DNA from: Candidatus Methylopumilus universalis | GTDB taxonomy: Bacteria > Pseudomonadota > Gammaproteobacteria > Burkholderiales > Methylophilaceae | Length of the DNA stretch: 64,000 bases | Direction of reading: 5' to 3' | Assembly: GCA_945883335.1 (NCBI GenBank) | Contig: CAMCXI010000002.1 | Span: forward strand, 193,658 to 257,657 | In this document: positions 63,922-64,000 of the stretch, one piece after another | Layout: the number at the start of each line of letters is the position of its first letter | How positions within the stretch are numbered: position 1 is the stretch's first letter | The notes under the pieces: generated by a model | Database searches by the model: none | What the model saw: only the letters and a program-made list of their open reading frames with translations | Told to the model about the DNA's origin: nothing | Made by a program: the position numbers and the translations under genes

Positions 63922-64000
63922 TTCATTTTCAGCTCGCCCCAGAATGTCGTCTTGATGTAAAATAGCATTTGGCGGGCCTCCCCGCATTGTAAGATAGCCA

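Noticed and set aside
63619-63987. 122-aa minus-strand ORF at the right edge.
   Set aside because: It reads through the complete tRNA-Ser gene and antisense through the umuD 3' end, so it is not a plausible gene.
62966-64000. An integrated genomic island at tRNA-Leu or tRNA-Ser.
   Set aside because: There is no integrase, excisionase or phage/plasmid gene, and I found no direct repeat of either tRNA 3' end in the interval. Only about 660 bp separate the two tRNA-like sequences. At most this is a scar, reported as such in the findings.

Overview
The window reads as a core-genome stretch of a betaproteobacterium, probably a methylotroph of the Methylophilaceae. That inference rests on tetrahydromethanopterin (H4MPT) and methylofuran cofactor genes sitting inside typical beta/gamma-proteobacterial housekeeping synteny, and on moderately AT-rich DNA judged by eye, not computed. 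Nearly everything is densely packed and recognisable.

Gene content by position:
- 1-11 kb, minus strand: lpxD(partial)-skp-bamA-rseP-dxr-cdsA-uppS-frr-pyrH-tsf-rpsB.
- 11-17 kb: map-glnD on plus; gph-ubiG-amidohydrolase on minus.
- 17.2-18.0 kb: an OmpA-family gene interrupted by one in-frame TGA.
- 18.1-28.9 kb, minus strand: four H4MPT/methylofuran-linked cofactor genes chained onto the conserved hfq-hflX-hflK-hflC-hisZ-purA array, then gltX.
- 29-36 kb: a SemiSWEET gene, an RND efflux operon and its divergent TetR regulator with a palindromic operator.
- 36-48 kb: trhO, a ybcJ-like S4 gene, yaeQ, ppsA-ppsR, srkA, gpx, rimO, a ZIP transporter, pgeF-rluD and bamD.
- 48.8-63 kb, minus strand: the E. 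coli-like array der-bamB-yfgM-(two ABC ATPase genes)-hisS-ispG-rodZ-pilW-rlmN-ndk, then rlmB-rnr.
- Right edge: a decayed tRNA-Leu-like sequence, a stand-alone umuD-like gene with its own promoter and an SOS-like palindrome, and an intact tRNA-Ser(GGA).

I found no CRISPR array, transposase, integrase, recognisable defence genes or long repeat family, and no convincing multi-gene novel system. The observations most worth a second look are:
- the orphan umuD module between a dead tRNA and a live tRNA;
- the opal-interrupted OmpA gene;
- the permease-less ABC ATPase pair inserted into a conserved array;
- the partly uncharacterised cofactor genes translationally coupled to purA;
- a few small or unusual ORFs.

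Several start codons are trimmed relative to the ORF track, based on ribosome-binding sites, conserved N-termini and neighbouring stop codons.
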